A DNA stretch of 64,000 nucleotides from Acidimicrobiales bacterium. Its GTDB lineage: Bacteria; Actinomycetota; Acidimicrobiia; Acidimicrobiales; Aldehydirespiratoraceae. Shown one piece after another: positions 8,899 through 18,938 of this stretch; position 1 is the first letter of the stretch; each line of letters starts with the position of its first letter. The stretch lies in NCBI GenBank assembly GCA_022425325.1, contig JAKMFW010000047.1, positions 7,608 to 71,607 on the forward strand. Direction: 5' to 3'. Both the position numbers and the translations under genes were made by a program. The notes under the pieces were generated by a model, which made no database searches, was not told the DNA's origin, and worked only from the letters and a program-made list of their open reading frames with translations.

Positions 8899-9768
8899 AT
8901 GGCCATCTGCGCATTTCTCGGACTCGGTGTCATGGGGTACCCCATGGCCGGACATCTCGTGGCTGCTGGTCACCGCGTCACCGTGTACAACCGAACGACG
9001 GCGAAAGCCGAGCGATGGGTTGCGGAGCACGGTGGGGCGATGGCGACGACTCCGGCTGCTGCGGCCGAGGGCGCCGAGTACGTCTTTCTGTGTGTCGGTG
9101 ACGATCCCGACGTACTCGCCGTGACCACGGGTGCCGACGGCGTCCTCGAGACGATGGGGGAGGGCACGGTGCTTGTCGACCACACGACTGCGTCGGCGGT
9201 CATCGCCCGTGAGGTCCACGCGGCGGCTGCTGCTCAGGGTGTCGGTTTTGTCGATGCGCCGATCTCAGGCGGACAGGCCGGCGCCGAGAACGGGGTGCTC
9301 ACAGTGATGTGCGGCGGCGACCAGGCTGATTTCGATCGGGTTGCCCCGGTGATCGACGCCTACAGCCGTGCCTGCAACCTCCTTGGCGGCCCTGGTTCCG
9401 GTCAGCTCACGAAGATGGTCAATCAAATCTGCATTGCCGGTCTCGTGCAGGGGCTTTCCGAGGGCGTCAACTTCGCCCAGCGGGCGGGACTCGATGTCGG
9501 AAGCGTCGTCGACACGATCTCGAAGGGCGCAGCCGGTTCGTGGCAAATGGAAAATCGGGCCCAGACGATGGCCGACGGTGTCTTCGACTATGGCTTCGCG
9601 CTCGACTGGATGCGCAAGGACCTGCGGATCTGCTTCCAGGAAGCCGCGGCGAACGGGTCAGCGCTGCCGGTGACCGAGATCGTCGACGGCTATTACGAGC
9701 AGCTCCAGGGACTCGGGCTCGGCCGCTGGGACACCAGCACGCTGATCCACCTGCTTCGTCAGGAGTGA
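8899..9768 (+). CDS. NAD(P)-dependent 3-hydroxyisobutyrate dehydrogenase-family oxidoreductase
   Basis: FLGLGVMGYPMA, DAPISGG, GSGQLTKMVNQ motifs. Confidence 0.92.
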   Translation: MAICAFLGLGVMGYPMAGHLVAAGHRVTVYNRTTAKAERWVAEHGGAMATTPAAAAEGAEYVFLCVGDDPDVLAVTTGADGVLETMGEGTVLVDHTTASAVIAREVHAAAAAQGVGFVDAPISGGQAGAENGVLTVMCGGDQADFDRVAPVIDAYSRACNLLGGPGSGQLTKMVNQICIAGLVQGLSEGVNFAQRAGLDVGSVVDTISKGAAGSWQMENRAQTMADGVFDYGFALDWMRKDLRICFQEAAANGSALPVTEIVDGYYEQLQGLGLGRWDTSTLIHLLRQE

Positions 9769-9869
9769 GCCGTCCGTGGGCGGTTCGCCGTTCGGCGAGT
9801 TACCGATCGCCCTGTGTCGTGTGTCACACTTCCCGCCGGTTGTGAGCGCAACCGGGAGAGGGGCCAATC

Positions 9870-10919
9870 ATGGATGAACCGATGATCCCATCGTCGATCA
9901 CCGACATCGATGCGAGCTGGATGGCTGCCGCGCTGGGGCAGCCAATCACTGGCGTGAACCATGAGCAGATCGGCGAGGGCGTCGGCGTCTCGTCAGCCGT
10001 CTACCGATCGACCCTCGAGGGTGGCGATCTCGACTCCGTCGTTGTCAAGCTGCCGGCGCTCGCCGAGGAGGCGGTGTTCACCTCCACCGTTTTGCGCATG
10101 TACATCCGCGAGGTCCGGTTCTTCGAGAACCTCGCCGGCCAGAGCCCGATCCGCGTGCCGGTCGGCTACCACGGGGCGGTCGACCTCGAAACCAGCCAGT
10201 TCGTGCAGGTCATGGAGGACATGGGCTCGATGCGCATGGTCGACCAGAACGAGGGCATGAACATCGACGACGCCCAACGCGCTGTCGACGAACTCGCCGC
10301 CTGGCATGCGGCGTTCTGGCGCAAGGCCGACGCTCCGGTCGACCGGGGCGACGTCGTGTGTCTGAGTGACCCCGTCTACCCGGCCGTACTGCCGATGGTC
10401 TTCGCCGAGGGATGGGAGAAGGTCAACAACGCCATGGACGTCGATCCCGTGATCGCCGCAGTCGGGCCGGGGTGGGTCGACTGGATGCCGTCGGCCCTCG
10501 AGCGCCTCTCCGGCGCTCCTAACACGATCACCCATGGCGACTATCGCGCCGACAACATCCTCTTCGACGATGAGGGCAACGTCGTCCTGCTCGACTTCCA
10601 GCTCACCGGACGGGGATCGGCGAGCTACGACCTCGCCTACTTCGTGACGCAATCGCTCGCGCCCGACCTGGCCGCCACGCACGAAACGGCGCTGTTCAAC
10701 CGCTGGCTCGACGGCCTCATTGCGGCGGGTGTGTCCGAGGCCGACACCACCAACCTGTGGGATCGCTATCGCGACGCTGCGCTGTTCTGCCTCGTCTATC
10801 CGATCGTGGCCAGCCGAGGCATGGACTTCTCCGACGAGCGCCAGTACGTACTCGTCGACAACATGAACACCCGGTTTGTCCGAGCCGTCGACCAGCTCCA
10901 CCTCGCCGACCTGCTGTAG
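9870..10919 (+). CDS. APH/choline/ecdysteroid kinase-like phosphotransferase
   Basis: VVVK, YIREVRFF, THGDYRADNI, LLDFQ, YDLAYF. Confidence 0.88.
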   Translation: MDEPMIPSSITDIDASWMAAALGQPITGVNHEQIGEGVGVSSAVYRSTLEGGDLDSVVVKLPALAEEAVFTSTVLRMYIREVRFFENLAGQSPIRVPVGYHGAVDLETSQFVQVMEDMGSMRMVDQNEGMNIDDAQRAVDELAAWHAAFWRKADAPVDRGDVVCLSDPVYPAVLPMVFAEGWEKVNNAMDVDPVIAAVGPGWVDWMPSALERLSGAPNTITHGDYRADNILFDDEGNVVLLDFQLTGRGSASYDLAYFVTQSLAPDLAATHETALFNRWLDGLIAAGVSEADTTNLWDRYRDAALFCLVYPIVASRGMDFSDERQYVLVDNMNTRFVRAVDQLHLADLL

Positions 10920-10958
10920 GGATTGGCGGTCGGCCGGAATCTGACGGATCATCAGGCC

Positions 10959-12737
10959 ATGGCCGACGCTGACAAGACCGCCCTCGACGCCGCCCAGGCC
11001 CGCTACGCCGCAGAGCGGACCAAGCGCCTCCGAGTCGACGGCAACGAGCAGTACAGCGAGCTCGCCGGCACGTTCGCCGACTTCGACACCGACCCCTACG
11101 TCGAGCCGGGTTTCACTCGAGACCCAATCGTCGAGGAGACCACGGCGGTGATTGTCGGTGGTGGCTTCGCCGGGATGATGACCGCTGTCGAGCTGAAGCG
11201 ACTCGGCATGCATGACTTCCGCATGGTCGAGAAGGGCGGCGACTTCGGTGGCACCTGGTACTGGAACCGCTACCCGGGTTGCCAGTGCGACGTTGAGTCC
11301 TACACGTACCTGCCGCTTCTCGAAGAGACCGGCTTCATGCCCACAAAGCGGTACTCGAGTGCCACCGAGATCTTCGAGTACTGCCAGCTGATCGGGCGAC
11401 GGTTCGAGCTGTACCCCCACGCCCTCTTCCAGACCGAGATCGCCGACGCGGTCTGGCACGATGACGAGGGCCGCTGGCTCGTCACCACCAGCCGCGGCGA
11501 TGAGATCCGCTGCAAGTACTTCGTCACCGCAGGCGGCATCCTTCACAAGGCCAAGCTTCCCGGCATCCCGGGTATCGACACCTTCGAAGGCCACGCCTTC
11601 CACACGAGCCGATGGGATTACCGCTACACCGGCGGCTCCGCCACCGAGCCAATGGACAACCTACGCGGCAAGAAGGTCGGCATCGTCGGTACCGGGGCTA
11701 CCGCCGTGCAGGCCGTGCCCCAGCTGGCCAAGTACGCCGAAGAGCTCTACGTCTTCCAGCGCACCCCAGCGGCGATCGGTGTGCGCGACAACGGCCCCAC
11801 CGACGTCGAATGGTTCCAGAGTCTCCAGCCAGGGTGGCACGCCGAACGGGTCGAGAACTTCACCCGTTGTGTCACCGGCGAGCAGCCCGATGTCGATCTC
11901 GTGAAGGACGGCTGGACCAAGGTCAACTGGGTCAACACCCAGGACGCCTCATCGCCCGAGCAGCGTGAGGAACTCGACATCGTCGACTTCGAGGTCATGG
12001 AGGAGATCCGGGCGCGAGTCGACGAGATCATCGACGACCCAGCGACCGCCGAGAAGCTCAAGCCGTGGTACGGCAAGCACTGCAAACGCATCACCTTCCA
12101 CGACGAGTACCTGCCGACCTTCAACCTTCCGCATGTGCACCTGGTTGACACCGACGGCCAGGGCATCGAGCGGATCACGCCGACAGGCGCGGTCGTCGAC
12201 GGCGAGGAATATGAACTTGATCTGATCGTTTTCGCCTCCGGCTTCGAGGTCACCACCGATCAGCACCGCCGACTCGGCTTCGACCCGGCGGGCCGCGACG
12301 GTGTGCGGCTCAGCGAGCGCTGGCACGACGGTGCGCACTCGCTGCACGGCATCCTCTCGGCGGAGTTCCCGAACCTGCTGATGCTCGGCATCGTGCAGGC
12401 CGGTTTCGGTACCAATTTCGTGCACTTCCTGCAGAACTCCGCCCGTCACGTCGCCTGGGTCATCGATCATTGCGAGGGTGCAGGCATCAACACGATCGAG
12501 GCCGCGCCGGAAGCCGAAGAGGGCTGGCTGATGGAGCTCTACATGGCGGTTGGCGGTATGCCCGACTACTCGGGCAACTGCACCCCCAGCTACTACAACT
12601 CGGAAGGTAACCGGGGGCCAAAGGCGGCCCGCAACCTCACCTACATCGGCAGCCTGCTCGATTACGACGGTTTCCTGCAGCGCTGGCGAGCCGACGCCGC
12701 CGAGACCGGCGAGTACACCGGCACCCGCACGACCTGA
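10959..12737 (+). CDS. Baeyer-Villiger monooxygenase (type I)
   Basis: [17 protein letters not shown], fingerprint [17 protein letters not shown]. Confidence 0.93.
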   Translation: MADADKTALDAAQARYAAERTKRLRVDGNEQYSELAGTFADFDTDPYVEPGFTRDPIVEETTAVIVGGGFAGMMTAVELKRLGMHDFRMVEKGGDFGGTWYWNRYPGCQCDVESYTYLPLLEETGFMPTKRYSSATEIFEYCQLIGRRFELYPHALFQTEIADAVWHDDEGRWLVTTSRGDEIRCKYFVTAGGILHKAKLPGIPGIDTFEGHAFHTSRWDYRYTGGSATEPMDNLRGKKVGIVGTGATAVQAVPQLAKYAEELYVFQRTPAAIGVRDNGPTDVEWFQSLQPGWHAERVENFTRCVTGEQPDVDLVKDGWTKVNWVNTQDASSPEQREELDIVDFEVMEEIRARVDEIIDDPATAEKLKPWYGKHCKRITFHDEYLPTFNLPHVHLVDTDGQGIERITPTGAVVDGEEYELDLIVFASGFEVTTDQHRRLGFDPAGRDGVRLSERWHDGAHSLHGILSAEFPNLLMLGIVQAGFGTNFVHFLQNSARHVAWVIDHCEGAGINTIEAAPEAEEGWLMELYMAVGGMPDYSGNCTPSYYNSEGNRGPKAARNLTYIGSLLDYDGFLQRWRADAAETGEYTGTRTT

Positions 12738-12750
12738 TCGGTCGAGCCGC

Positions 12751-13515
12751 TCAGACCCCGAGCAGGCCGGGCGCCTGCTCGCTCACGAGATCGCGCAAGG
12801 CATCACCCAAGCCGGGCCGATCGCTCGGATTCAGTCGGTAGGCCGGGCCGTAGAGGCTGATCGACGCCACGGGATCGGCTCCGGGTACCAGCACCGCAAC
12901 GCCGTTGACCTCGAGGTCGAGCGCCTGGTCGGCCCAGGCGTAGCCGCGTTCGGCGCTCATACGGACGACGTCCCGGAGGGTCGCAGCGGCCGTGATGGTG
13001 AGTGGTGTGGCGGCCGGCAGGGGAGCGGCGGTGTAGGTGTCGAGGCGTTCGTCGTCCCACGACGTCATCAGCGCCAGGCCCGGCGCAACCAGATGGAAGT
13101 CGAGGCGTTCGCCGGTGGGGTCGGGTGCTTGGATCGCCGATGGCCCGAGCACGTTGGTGAGATACAGCGCGCCGGTGGGGGTGTCGACGGTGAGTGCGGC
13201 GCTCTCGCCGAACCGCTGAACGCACTCGACGAGCAGCGGTCGGAGTCGATCCTCGAGCGCGGCCGGTGGCGCTTCGTCGCCGGGGATCAGGGTGCCGAGG
13301 GCCGGCCCGCTCACCAGGCCTCCGACCCCGCTGCGGCTGAGCATGCCGAGTTCGACGAGTTGGGCGGCGAGCCGCGAGACCGTGGATCGGGGGAGCCCGC
13401 TGCGACGTCCGAGTTCACGCACACCGAGCGGTTCGTCGGCGGCGGCGACGAGCTGAAGGAGGAGGAACGAGCGCTCGATCGCGGACGTCGTTGACTCGGC
13501 CGGGCTGGTCGCCAT
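12751..13515 (-). CDS. IclR family transcriptional regulator
   Basis: SAIERSFLLL...LGVRELGRRSGLPRSTVSRL HTH; C-terminal GYA...VNGVAV...ASISLYGP. Confidence 0.9.
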   Translation of the reverse strand: MATSPAESTTSAIERSFLLLQLVAAADEPLGVRELGRRSGLPRSTVSRLAAQLVELGMLSRSGVGGLVSGPALGTLIPGDEAPPAALEDRLRPLLVECVQRFGESAALTVDTPTGALYLTNVLGPSAIQAPDPTGERLDFHLVAPGLALMTSWDDERLDTYTAAPLPAATPLTITAAATLRDVVRMSAERGYAWADQALDLEVNGVAVLVPGADPVASISLYGPAYRLNPSDRPGLGDALRDLVSEQAPGLLGV

Positions 13516-13529
13516 ACGCTGACCATACC

Positions 13530-14741
13530 ATGCAGCAGGACGTCCCGCTCAGTAGGACATCCGGGGATCGGACCCCCGACTTCTACGTCTATCCCGACCA
13601 GCCGCCGGCTTCCGCTGAGCTGGTGGGGGCCGTCGCCCGTCTCCGCTGGGCCGATGGTCTTGAACTCGACGCCTACGCACTCTGGCTTTTCGAAAACCAG
13701 ATGGGCGATGTCACCATCGAGGAACGCAGTCGAGAGTCGAAGTTCGACCCTGCTGATTTTCCCGCCGACGACGTGTTGCGCAACGTGGCCGTCTCGACCG
13801 ACGGTGATGTCATCGCCGAGTGGGCCGACGGCTCCACCTCGGTCCACCACAGCGGTTGGCTCCGTCATGTCGCAGAGCAGCGGCATCGTCCCGATGCCTT
13901 CCTGCCGGAGATCGAGGAGTGGACCACCGCCGAACTTCCGGCTCCGCCGACCCACAACGGTGCGGCGGTGCTGCACGATGACGGCATCCTGCTGTCGTTC
14001 CTGCACGACGCCGTGCGCTACGGGCTCGCCCGACTCGAGAACCTGCCGCCCGAAAAGACCTCGCTCGTCGCACTCGGCGAACGCATCGGCGCACTACGCG
14101 ACACCAACTTCGGTGTCACCTGGCCGGTGAGCGTCGACCTCAAGCCCACCTCCACCGCCAATACGCCGCTGCCGCTCCCACCCCACACCGATCTCCCGAC
14201 GCGTGAAACACCGCCCGGCTTCCAAATGCTGCACTGCCTCGTCAACACGACCACCGGGGGGCTCAGCACCATGGCCGACGGACACGCGGTCGTTCGCCGG
14301 CTCGAAGCCGAGCACCCCGACGACTATGAGGCGCTCTGCACCCTCAACTGGATCTTCTTCAATCGATCGCCGAACCACGACCATCGCTGGTCGGGCCCGC
14401 TGATCGACCACGGCGCCCCCGGCATGCCCCTCACCATTCGCGCCTTTCATCCCGTGCGCGGTTTCCCCGACATGCCGATCGCAGACCAACCCCGCGCCTA
14501 TGCGGCCCTGCGCCGATTCAGCCGGCTCGCCGGCTCCGACGAGTTCCAGATGCGCTACGCGTTCCGGCCTGGCGATCTTGTGCTCTTCGACAACCGTCGC
14601 ACCCTGCACGGACGCACCGCCATCGATGAGACCGGCGGAGTGCGAGAGTTGCACGGGACCTACATCGACCACGACGAGATCTACTCGCGCACCCGCGTGC
14701 TCACTCGTCATCGAACCGCCCGCGAGCTCAGGCTCGCCTAA
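13530..14741 (+). CDS. Gamma-butyrobetaine/trimethyllysine dioxygenase-like (TauD superfamily)
   Basis: N-terminal BBOX-like domain (WADG...WL), RDTNFG, HTD, FDNRRTLHGR, ELHGTYID; context with carnitine dehydrogenase. Confidence 0.82.
   Translation: MQQDVPLSRTSGDRTPDFYVYPDQPPASAELVGAVARLRWADGLELDAYALWLFENQMGDVTIEERSRESKFDPADFPADDVLRNVAVSTDGDVIAEWADGSTSVHHSGWLRHVAEQRHRPDAFLPEIEEWTTAELPAPPTHNGAAVLHDDGILLSFLHDAVRYGLARLENLPPEKTSLVALGERIGALRDTNFGVTWPVSVDLKPTSTANTPLPLPPHTDLPTRETPPGFQMLHCLVNTTTGGLSTMADGHAVVRRLEAEHPDDYEALCTLNWIFFNRSPNHDHRWSGPLIDHGAPGMPLTIRAFHPVRGFPDMPIADQPRAYAALRRFSRLAGSDEFQMRYAFRPGDLVLFDNRRTLHGRTAIDETGGVRELHGTYIDHDEIYSRTRVLTRHRTARELRLA
13542..13558. promoter_or_regulatory. Candidate IclR operator
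   Basis: Imperfect palindrome GTCCCGCTCAGTAGGAC about 27-43 nt upstream of the iclR start. Confidence 0.35.
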
Positions 14742-14773
14742 CGGCAAACAGATCAACCAACGGGGGAACCACC

Positions 14774-15667
14774 ATGCCCAGCGTCTTCATCACCTGCGCC
14801 GTCACCGGCGGCGGCGACACCGTCAACAAGTCGCCGCACGTCCCAGTCACGCCCGAGCAGATCGCCGACTCGGCGATCGAGGCGGCCAAAGCCGGCGCCG
14901 CGGTCGTGCACTGCCACGTTCGCGACCTCGACACGGGAGCCCAGAGCCGCGACCCGGACCTCTACAAGGAACTCACCGACCGCATTCGCTCGGCCGACAC
15001 CGACGTCGTGCTCAACCTCACGGGTGGCACGGGTGCCGACCTCACCCTCGGCGGTGTCGAGAACCCGCTGCCACTGAGCGAGGAGGGCACCGACATGGCC
15101 GGGGCCACCGAGCGCATGCGTCACGTTCGTGAGTGCCTGCCGGAGATCGCCACGATCGACATGGGCACGATGAACTTCGGCGAGGGCAACTACATCATGA
15201 CGAACTCGACGTCACAGCTCGACGAGATCGCCCGCCAGTTTCAGGACCTGCCGGTACAGCCCGAACTCGAGTGCTTCGACACCGGCCATCTCTGGTACGC
15301 CAAGAACCAGGAGGAGCGCGGCCTGTACGAAGGCAAGACCATGAACGCCCAGCTCTGCATGGGCGTGCCGTGGGGTGCGCCCGACGACATGAACACCCTG
15401 ATGGCGATGGTCAACAATGTGCCATCGCACTGGCACAAGTCGGCGTTCTCGATCGGCCGCCGCCAGCTGGAGTACGTCGCTGCTGCAGCGCTCGTGGGCG
15501 CCAACATTCGCGTCGGCCTCGAGGACAACCTCTACCTCTCAAAGGGTGTGAAGGCCACCAACGCCCAACTCGTCGAGCGCGCCACGGTGATCCTCGAAGG
15601 CATGAACTTCAACGTCATGGGCCCCGACGAGGTGCGCGACATGCTCGACCTCAAGAAGGTCGTCTGA
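14774..15667 (+). CDS. Beta-keto acid cleavage enzyme (BKACE/DUF849), probable 3-dehydrocarnitine cleavage enzyme
   Basis: ITCAVTG, HVPVTPEQIA, HCHVRD Zn motif, IRVGLEDN. Confidence 0.9.
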   Translation: MPSVFITCAVTGGGDTVNKSPHVPVTPEQIADSAIEAAKAGAAVVHCHVRDLDTGAQSRDPDLYKELTDRIRSADTDVVLNLTGGTGADLTLGGVENPLPLSEEGTDMAGATERMRHVRECLPEIATIDMGTMNFGEGNYIMTNSTSQLDEIARQFQDLPVQPELECFDTGHLWYAKNQEERGLYEGKTMNAQLCMGVPWGAPDDMNTLMAMVNNVPSHWHKSAFSIGRRQLEYVAAAALVGANIRVGLEDNLYLSKGVKATNAQLVERATVILEGMNFNVMGPDEVRDMLDLKKVV

Positions 15668-15707
15668 TCCCGGTCACCGGGCACGCGTCGACAAAGGAGC
15701 GAAAACA

Positions 15708-16679
15708 ATGAGTGAGCACGTCGCCATCGTCGGCGCCGGCGTTATCGGAGCTGCCTGGGCGGCACGCTTCGTGATGCACGGTATCGACGTCAAGATCTCC
15801 GACCCGAACCCGGAAGCCGGCCGCATTGTCGATGAGGTCCTCGACAACGCCCGAGCGGCCTGGGTCGATCTCGGTCTGCCTGACCCCACCGAAGGCAGTG
15901 TCAGTGTCGTCGGCTCGATCGCCGAGGCGGTCGAGGGCGCGATCCACGTCCAGGAAAGCGTTCCGGAAAACCCGGCCATCAAGGTGCCGATCCTCGAGCA
16001 GATCGCAGCGGCCTGTCCGTCCGACACCGTCATTGCGTCGTCGACCTCGGGCATCAAGCCCTCGGATCTCCAGCCCTCGATCACCAACCCGGAGCGGTTG
16101 GTTGTCGGCCATCCGTACAACCCGGTGTACCTCGTGCCGGTCGTCGAGGTCGTCGGTGGCGACCTCACCTCGCAGGACGCGATCGACGCAGCGATGGCGA
16201 CCTACGACCGGGTGTCGATGAAGCCGATCCATGTTCGAGTCGAGATCGACGCCTTTATCGGCGATCGTCTTCTCGAGGCGGTGTGGCGCGAGGCGCTCTG
16301 GCTCGTGAACGACGGTGTCGCCACCACCCAGGAGATCGACGATGTCATGCGGTACGGCTTCGGTCTTCGGTGGGCGCAGATGGGCCTTTTCGAGACGTAC
16401 CGCATCGCAGGCGGCGAGGGCGGCTTCGGTCACTTCATCCGTCAGTTCGGTCCCACGCTGTCGTGGCCGTGGACCAAATTGATGGACGTTCCCGAGCTCA
16501 CCGACGAACTCGTCGACCGGCTCGAGTCCCAGTCTGATGAGCAGTCCGGCGCTCACAGCATCCGCGAGCTCGAACGCATCCGCGATCGCAATCTCGCCGG
16601 GATCATGCGGGCACTCGAGGAGAACGACTGGGGGGCTGGCAACACCCTGAAGACCCAGCGAGAACGACTCGACGGCTGA
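15708..16679 (+). CDS. lcdH: L-carnitine 3-dehydrogenase (3-hydroxyacyl-CoA dehydrogenase family)
   Basis: GAGVIGAAWAARF, GHPYNPVYLVPVVEVVGG, AGGEGGFGHFIRQFGPTLSWPWTKLMDVPEL typical of carnitine dehydrogenase. Confidence 0.85.
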   Translation: MSEHVAIVGAGVIGAAWAARFVMHGIDVKISDPNPEAGRIVDEVLDNARAAWVDLGLPDPTEGSVSVVGSIAEAVEGAIHVQESVPENPAIKVPILEQIAAACPSDTVIASSTSGIKPSDLQPSITNPERLVVGHPYNPVYLVPVVEVVGGDLTSQDAIDAAMATYDRVSMKPIHVRVEIDAFIGDRLLEAVWREALWLVNDGVATTQEIDDVMRYGFGLRWAQMGLFETYRIAGGEGGFGHFIRQFGPTLSWPWTKLMDVPELTDELVDRLESQSDEQSGAHSIRELERIRDRNLAGIMRALEENDWGAGNTLKTQRERLDG

Positions 16680-16704
16680 TCAGCAGCGCCCGTTGGATGT
16701 TCGT

Positions 16705-17562
16705 CTAGGCGGTGTCCTCGATCGCCTTGACGTGCCGTAGCCAGAGACCCCCGCCGGGATGGGGCATCGGGGTGTAGCTGCGGTGACCAAGAAGGCGCTG
16801 AACCCGAGGCGAGCGGTGGTCGAGGCCGCCGAGCGGGATATCGAGTGCGCAGCTCTCCTCAGGGGTCAGCCAGCCGGCAACGAAGCTCAGATGCATCGCC
16901 TTGCGCCAGCGATCGGCGGTGACGTTTGCGCCACCGCCATGGAAGACATAACCCGAGTAGACGAGCGCATCGCCCGGGCCGAGTTCGGCAGGAACGGACT
17001 CGTGCTCGACCCGATAATCGAGGTTTTCCCACGTGTGGCTGCCGGGCACGACCTGCGTTGCGCCGAGTTCCTCGGTGACCTCCTCGAGACCGATCATGGC
17101 GCTGATCGTGATGTCGACCACGTTGGGCCAGGCCGAGCGCACGTACTCCCACCAATTATCGGCGTCACGGTGCAGGACTTGGGCCGCCTCGCCGGGCCCG
17201 ATGTACATGATCTGCCCAGTGTTGACCCAGTACGACCCGCAGTGGGGGAGCAGGACAGCGTCGGCGATGGCGGCGTAGATCTCGTTGTCGAGCATGTCGA
17301 AGTAGGCGTCGTCGAGCAGCGGCAACGACGAGAAGCGCACCGTGTTGGCACCGACGAATGCTGCGCCCGCCGCCCCCATTCCCTGCGTGGCGGAACCAGG
17401 TGGGAACTCCGGCACACGCCGGTCGGCGGCAGCCGTCACCGCGTCGATCGTGGCCCGGTTAAACATGCCTTCGACGATGAGGCCACCGTCTCGGCGGAAG
17501 GCCTCCAGCATGTCGTCGAGCGGGGCGTCGGCGGGTAGGCGAACAAGAGTCCGTGGTGACAC
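16705..17562 (-). CDS. PhyH family dioxygenase
   Basis: IGPGEAAQVLHRD, GATQVVPGSH, FHGGGAN. Confidence 0.88.
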   Translation of the reverse strand: MSPRTLVRLPADAPLDDMLEAFRRDGGLIVEGMFNRATIDAVTAAADRRVPEFPPGSATQGMGAAGAAFVGANTVRFSSLPLLDDAYFDMLDNEIYAAIADAVLLPHCGSYWVNTGQIMYIGPGEAAQVLHRDADNWWEYVRSAWPNVVDITISAMIGLEEVTEELGATQVVPGSHTWENLDYRVEHESVPAELGPGDALVYSGYVFHGGGANVTADRWRKAMHLSFVAGWLTPEESCALDIPLGGLDHRSPRVQRLLGHRSYTPMPHPGGGLWLRHVKAIEDTA

Positions 17563-17649
17563 ACCCGTACGTTCGCACAGCCGCGGACACGAGGCGTCAA
17601 TACCGCCCAGCGTGGTTGTGATCGATGCCGCTCCCTACGATGAGCTCCG

Positions 17650-18102
17650 ATGAGCGAGCGGACGACGCGTACCCAGATCGAGGCCAACGTCGACGATCTC
17701 GATCCTCGGATCTGGCCCCGGGTCATCGAGCAGTTGCTGGCCGTCGGTGCCGACGATGCGTGGATCACGCCGATCGTGATGAAAAAGGGTCGTCCTGCGT
17801 TCACGCTCGGCGTGTTGTGCGACGACGGCGTCGCCGACGAGGTGCGCCGCGTCATCTTCACCGAGACCAGTTCGATCGGCCTCCGCGAGACGATCGTGAC
17901 CAAGCATGCGTTGCCGCGTTCGTTCACGTCGGTCGAGGTTGAGGGGCACCCGATCGCCATCAAACGAGCTGACTTCGACGGCACCGAGGTGAATCGGAGC
18001 GTCGAGTGGGACGACGTCGTACGGGTGGCGGATGCCCTCGGCATGTCGGCCAACGACGTACTCATGGCTGCCCTTCAGGCCGTCCGAGAGCAGCAGGCAT
18101 GA
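17650..18102 (+). CDS. larC: Nickel-pincer cofactor nickel insertase, C-terminal half (LarC2)
   Basis: IEANVDDLDP, GADDAWITPIVMKKGRP, FTETSSIGLR, VEWDDV. Confidence 0.9.
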   Translation: MSERTTRTQIEANVDDLDPRIWPRVIEQLLAVGADDAWITPIVMKKGRPAFTLGVLCDDGVADEVRRVIFTETSSIGLRETIVTKHALPRSFTSVEVEGHPIAIKRADFDGTEVNRSVEWDDVVRVADALGMSANDVLMAALQAVREQQA

Positions 18103-18938
18103 ATCCCGAATCGACACGTGCGGCGATCGAACGCGTCCTCGCCGATTGCGGCCCGGTCATCGTCGCCTGCAGCGGGGGAATCGACTCGCTGCTGCTGGCG
18201 ACGATCGCTCACCGCCGATCGCCATCGACAACCGTCGTCGCGCACACCGTCACCCCTGCGGTACCGGGGGAGGGCACCGGCCGAGTCGTGACGCACGCCG
18301 AGCGCCACGGTTGGACACTCGAGCTCGTTCGTTCGAATGAGTTCGAGGACGAGCGCTACCTCGCGAATCCGACCGACCGCTGTTACTTCTGCAAGACCAA
18401 CCTGTACGCAGCGATCGCTCCGCTGCGCCACGCCGACATCGCACGAGCCGACGCCGTGATCGTGAGCGGTGCCAATATCGACGATCTGGGCGAGTACCGG
18501 CCCGGCCTTGATGCCGCTGCCGAGGCCGGGGTGCGACACCCGTTCGTCGAAGCCGGTGTCGGCAAGGCCGGTATTCGCGCCGTTGCCCAACACCTCGGCA
18601 TCGTCGAGGCCGATCTTCCGTCCTCGCCATGCCTGGCGAGTCGGCTCTACACCGGTACCCGTGTCACCGAGGCCCGCCTCCGTTCGGTCGAGGCCGGCGA
18701 ATCGGTGCTGCGTGCCGAGGGCTTCGAGATCGTCCGCTGTCGTCGTCGAGACGCCGACGCAGTGGTCGAGCTGCCCATCGGCGACCGCGATCGAGTCACA
18801 CCTGCGCTGCTCGACACCGTTCGTTCGGCGATGCAAGCCGTTGACCCTGATCTCGAGTCGTTGACCCTCGACGATCGTCCCTACCGGCCCGGCCAGGCCA
18901 TCCTGCACGTCTCCGAAGGATCCCATGCACGTTCATGA
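18099..18938 (+). CDS. larE: ATP-dependent sulfur transferase LarE
   Basis: PP-loop SGGIDS, NPTDRCYFCK, GANIDDLGEYRPG, PSSPCLASR. Confidence 0.92.
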   Translation: MNPESTRAAIERVLADCGPVIVACSGGIDSLLLATIAHRRSPSTTVVAHTVTPAVPGEGTGRVVTHAERHGWTLELVRSNEFEDERYLANPTDRCYFCKTNLYAAIAPLRHADIARADAVIVSGANIDDLGEYRPGLDAAAEAGVRHPFVEAGVGKAGIRAVAQHLGIVEADLPSSPCLASRLYTGTRVTEARLRSVEAGESVLRAEGFEIVRCRRRDADAVVELPIGDRDRVTPALLDTVRSAMQAVDPDLESLTLDDRPYRPGQAILHVSEGSHARS

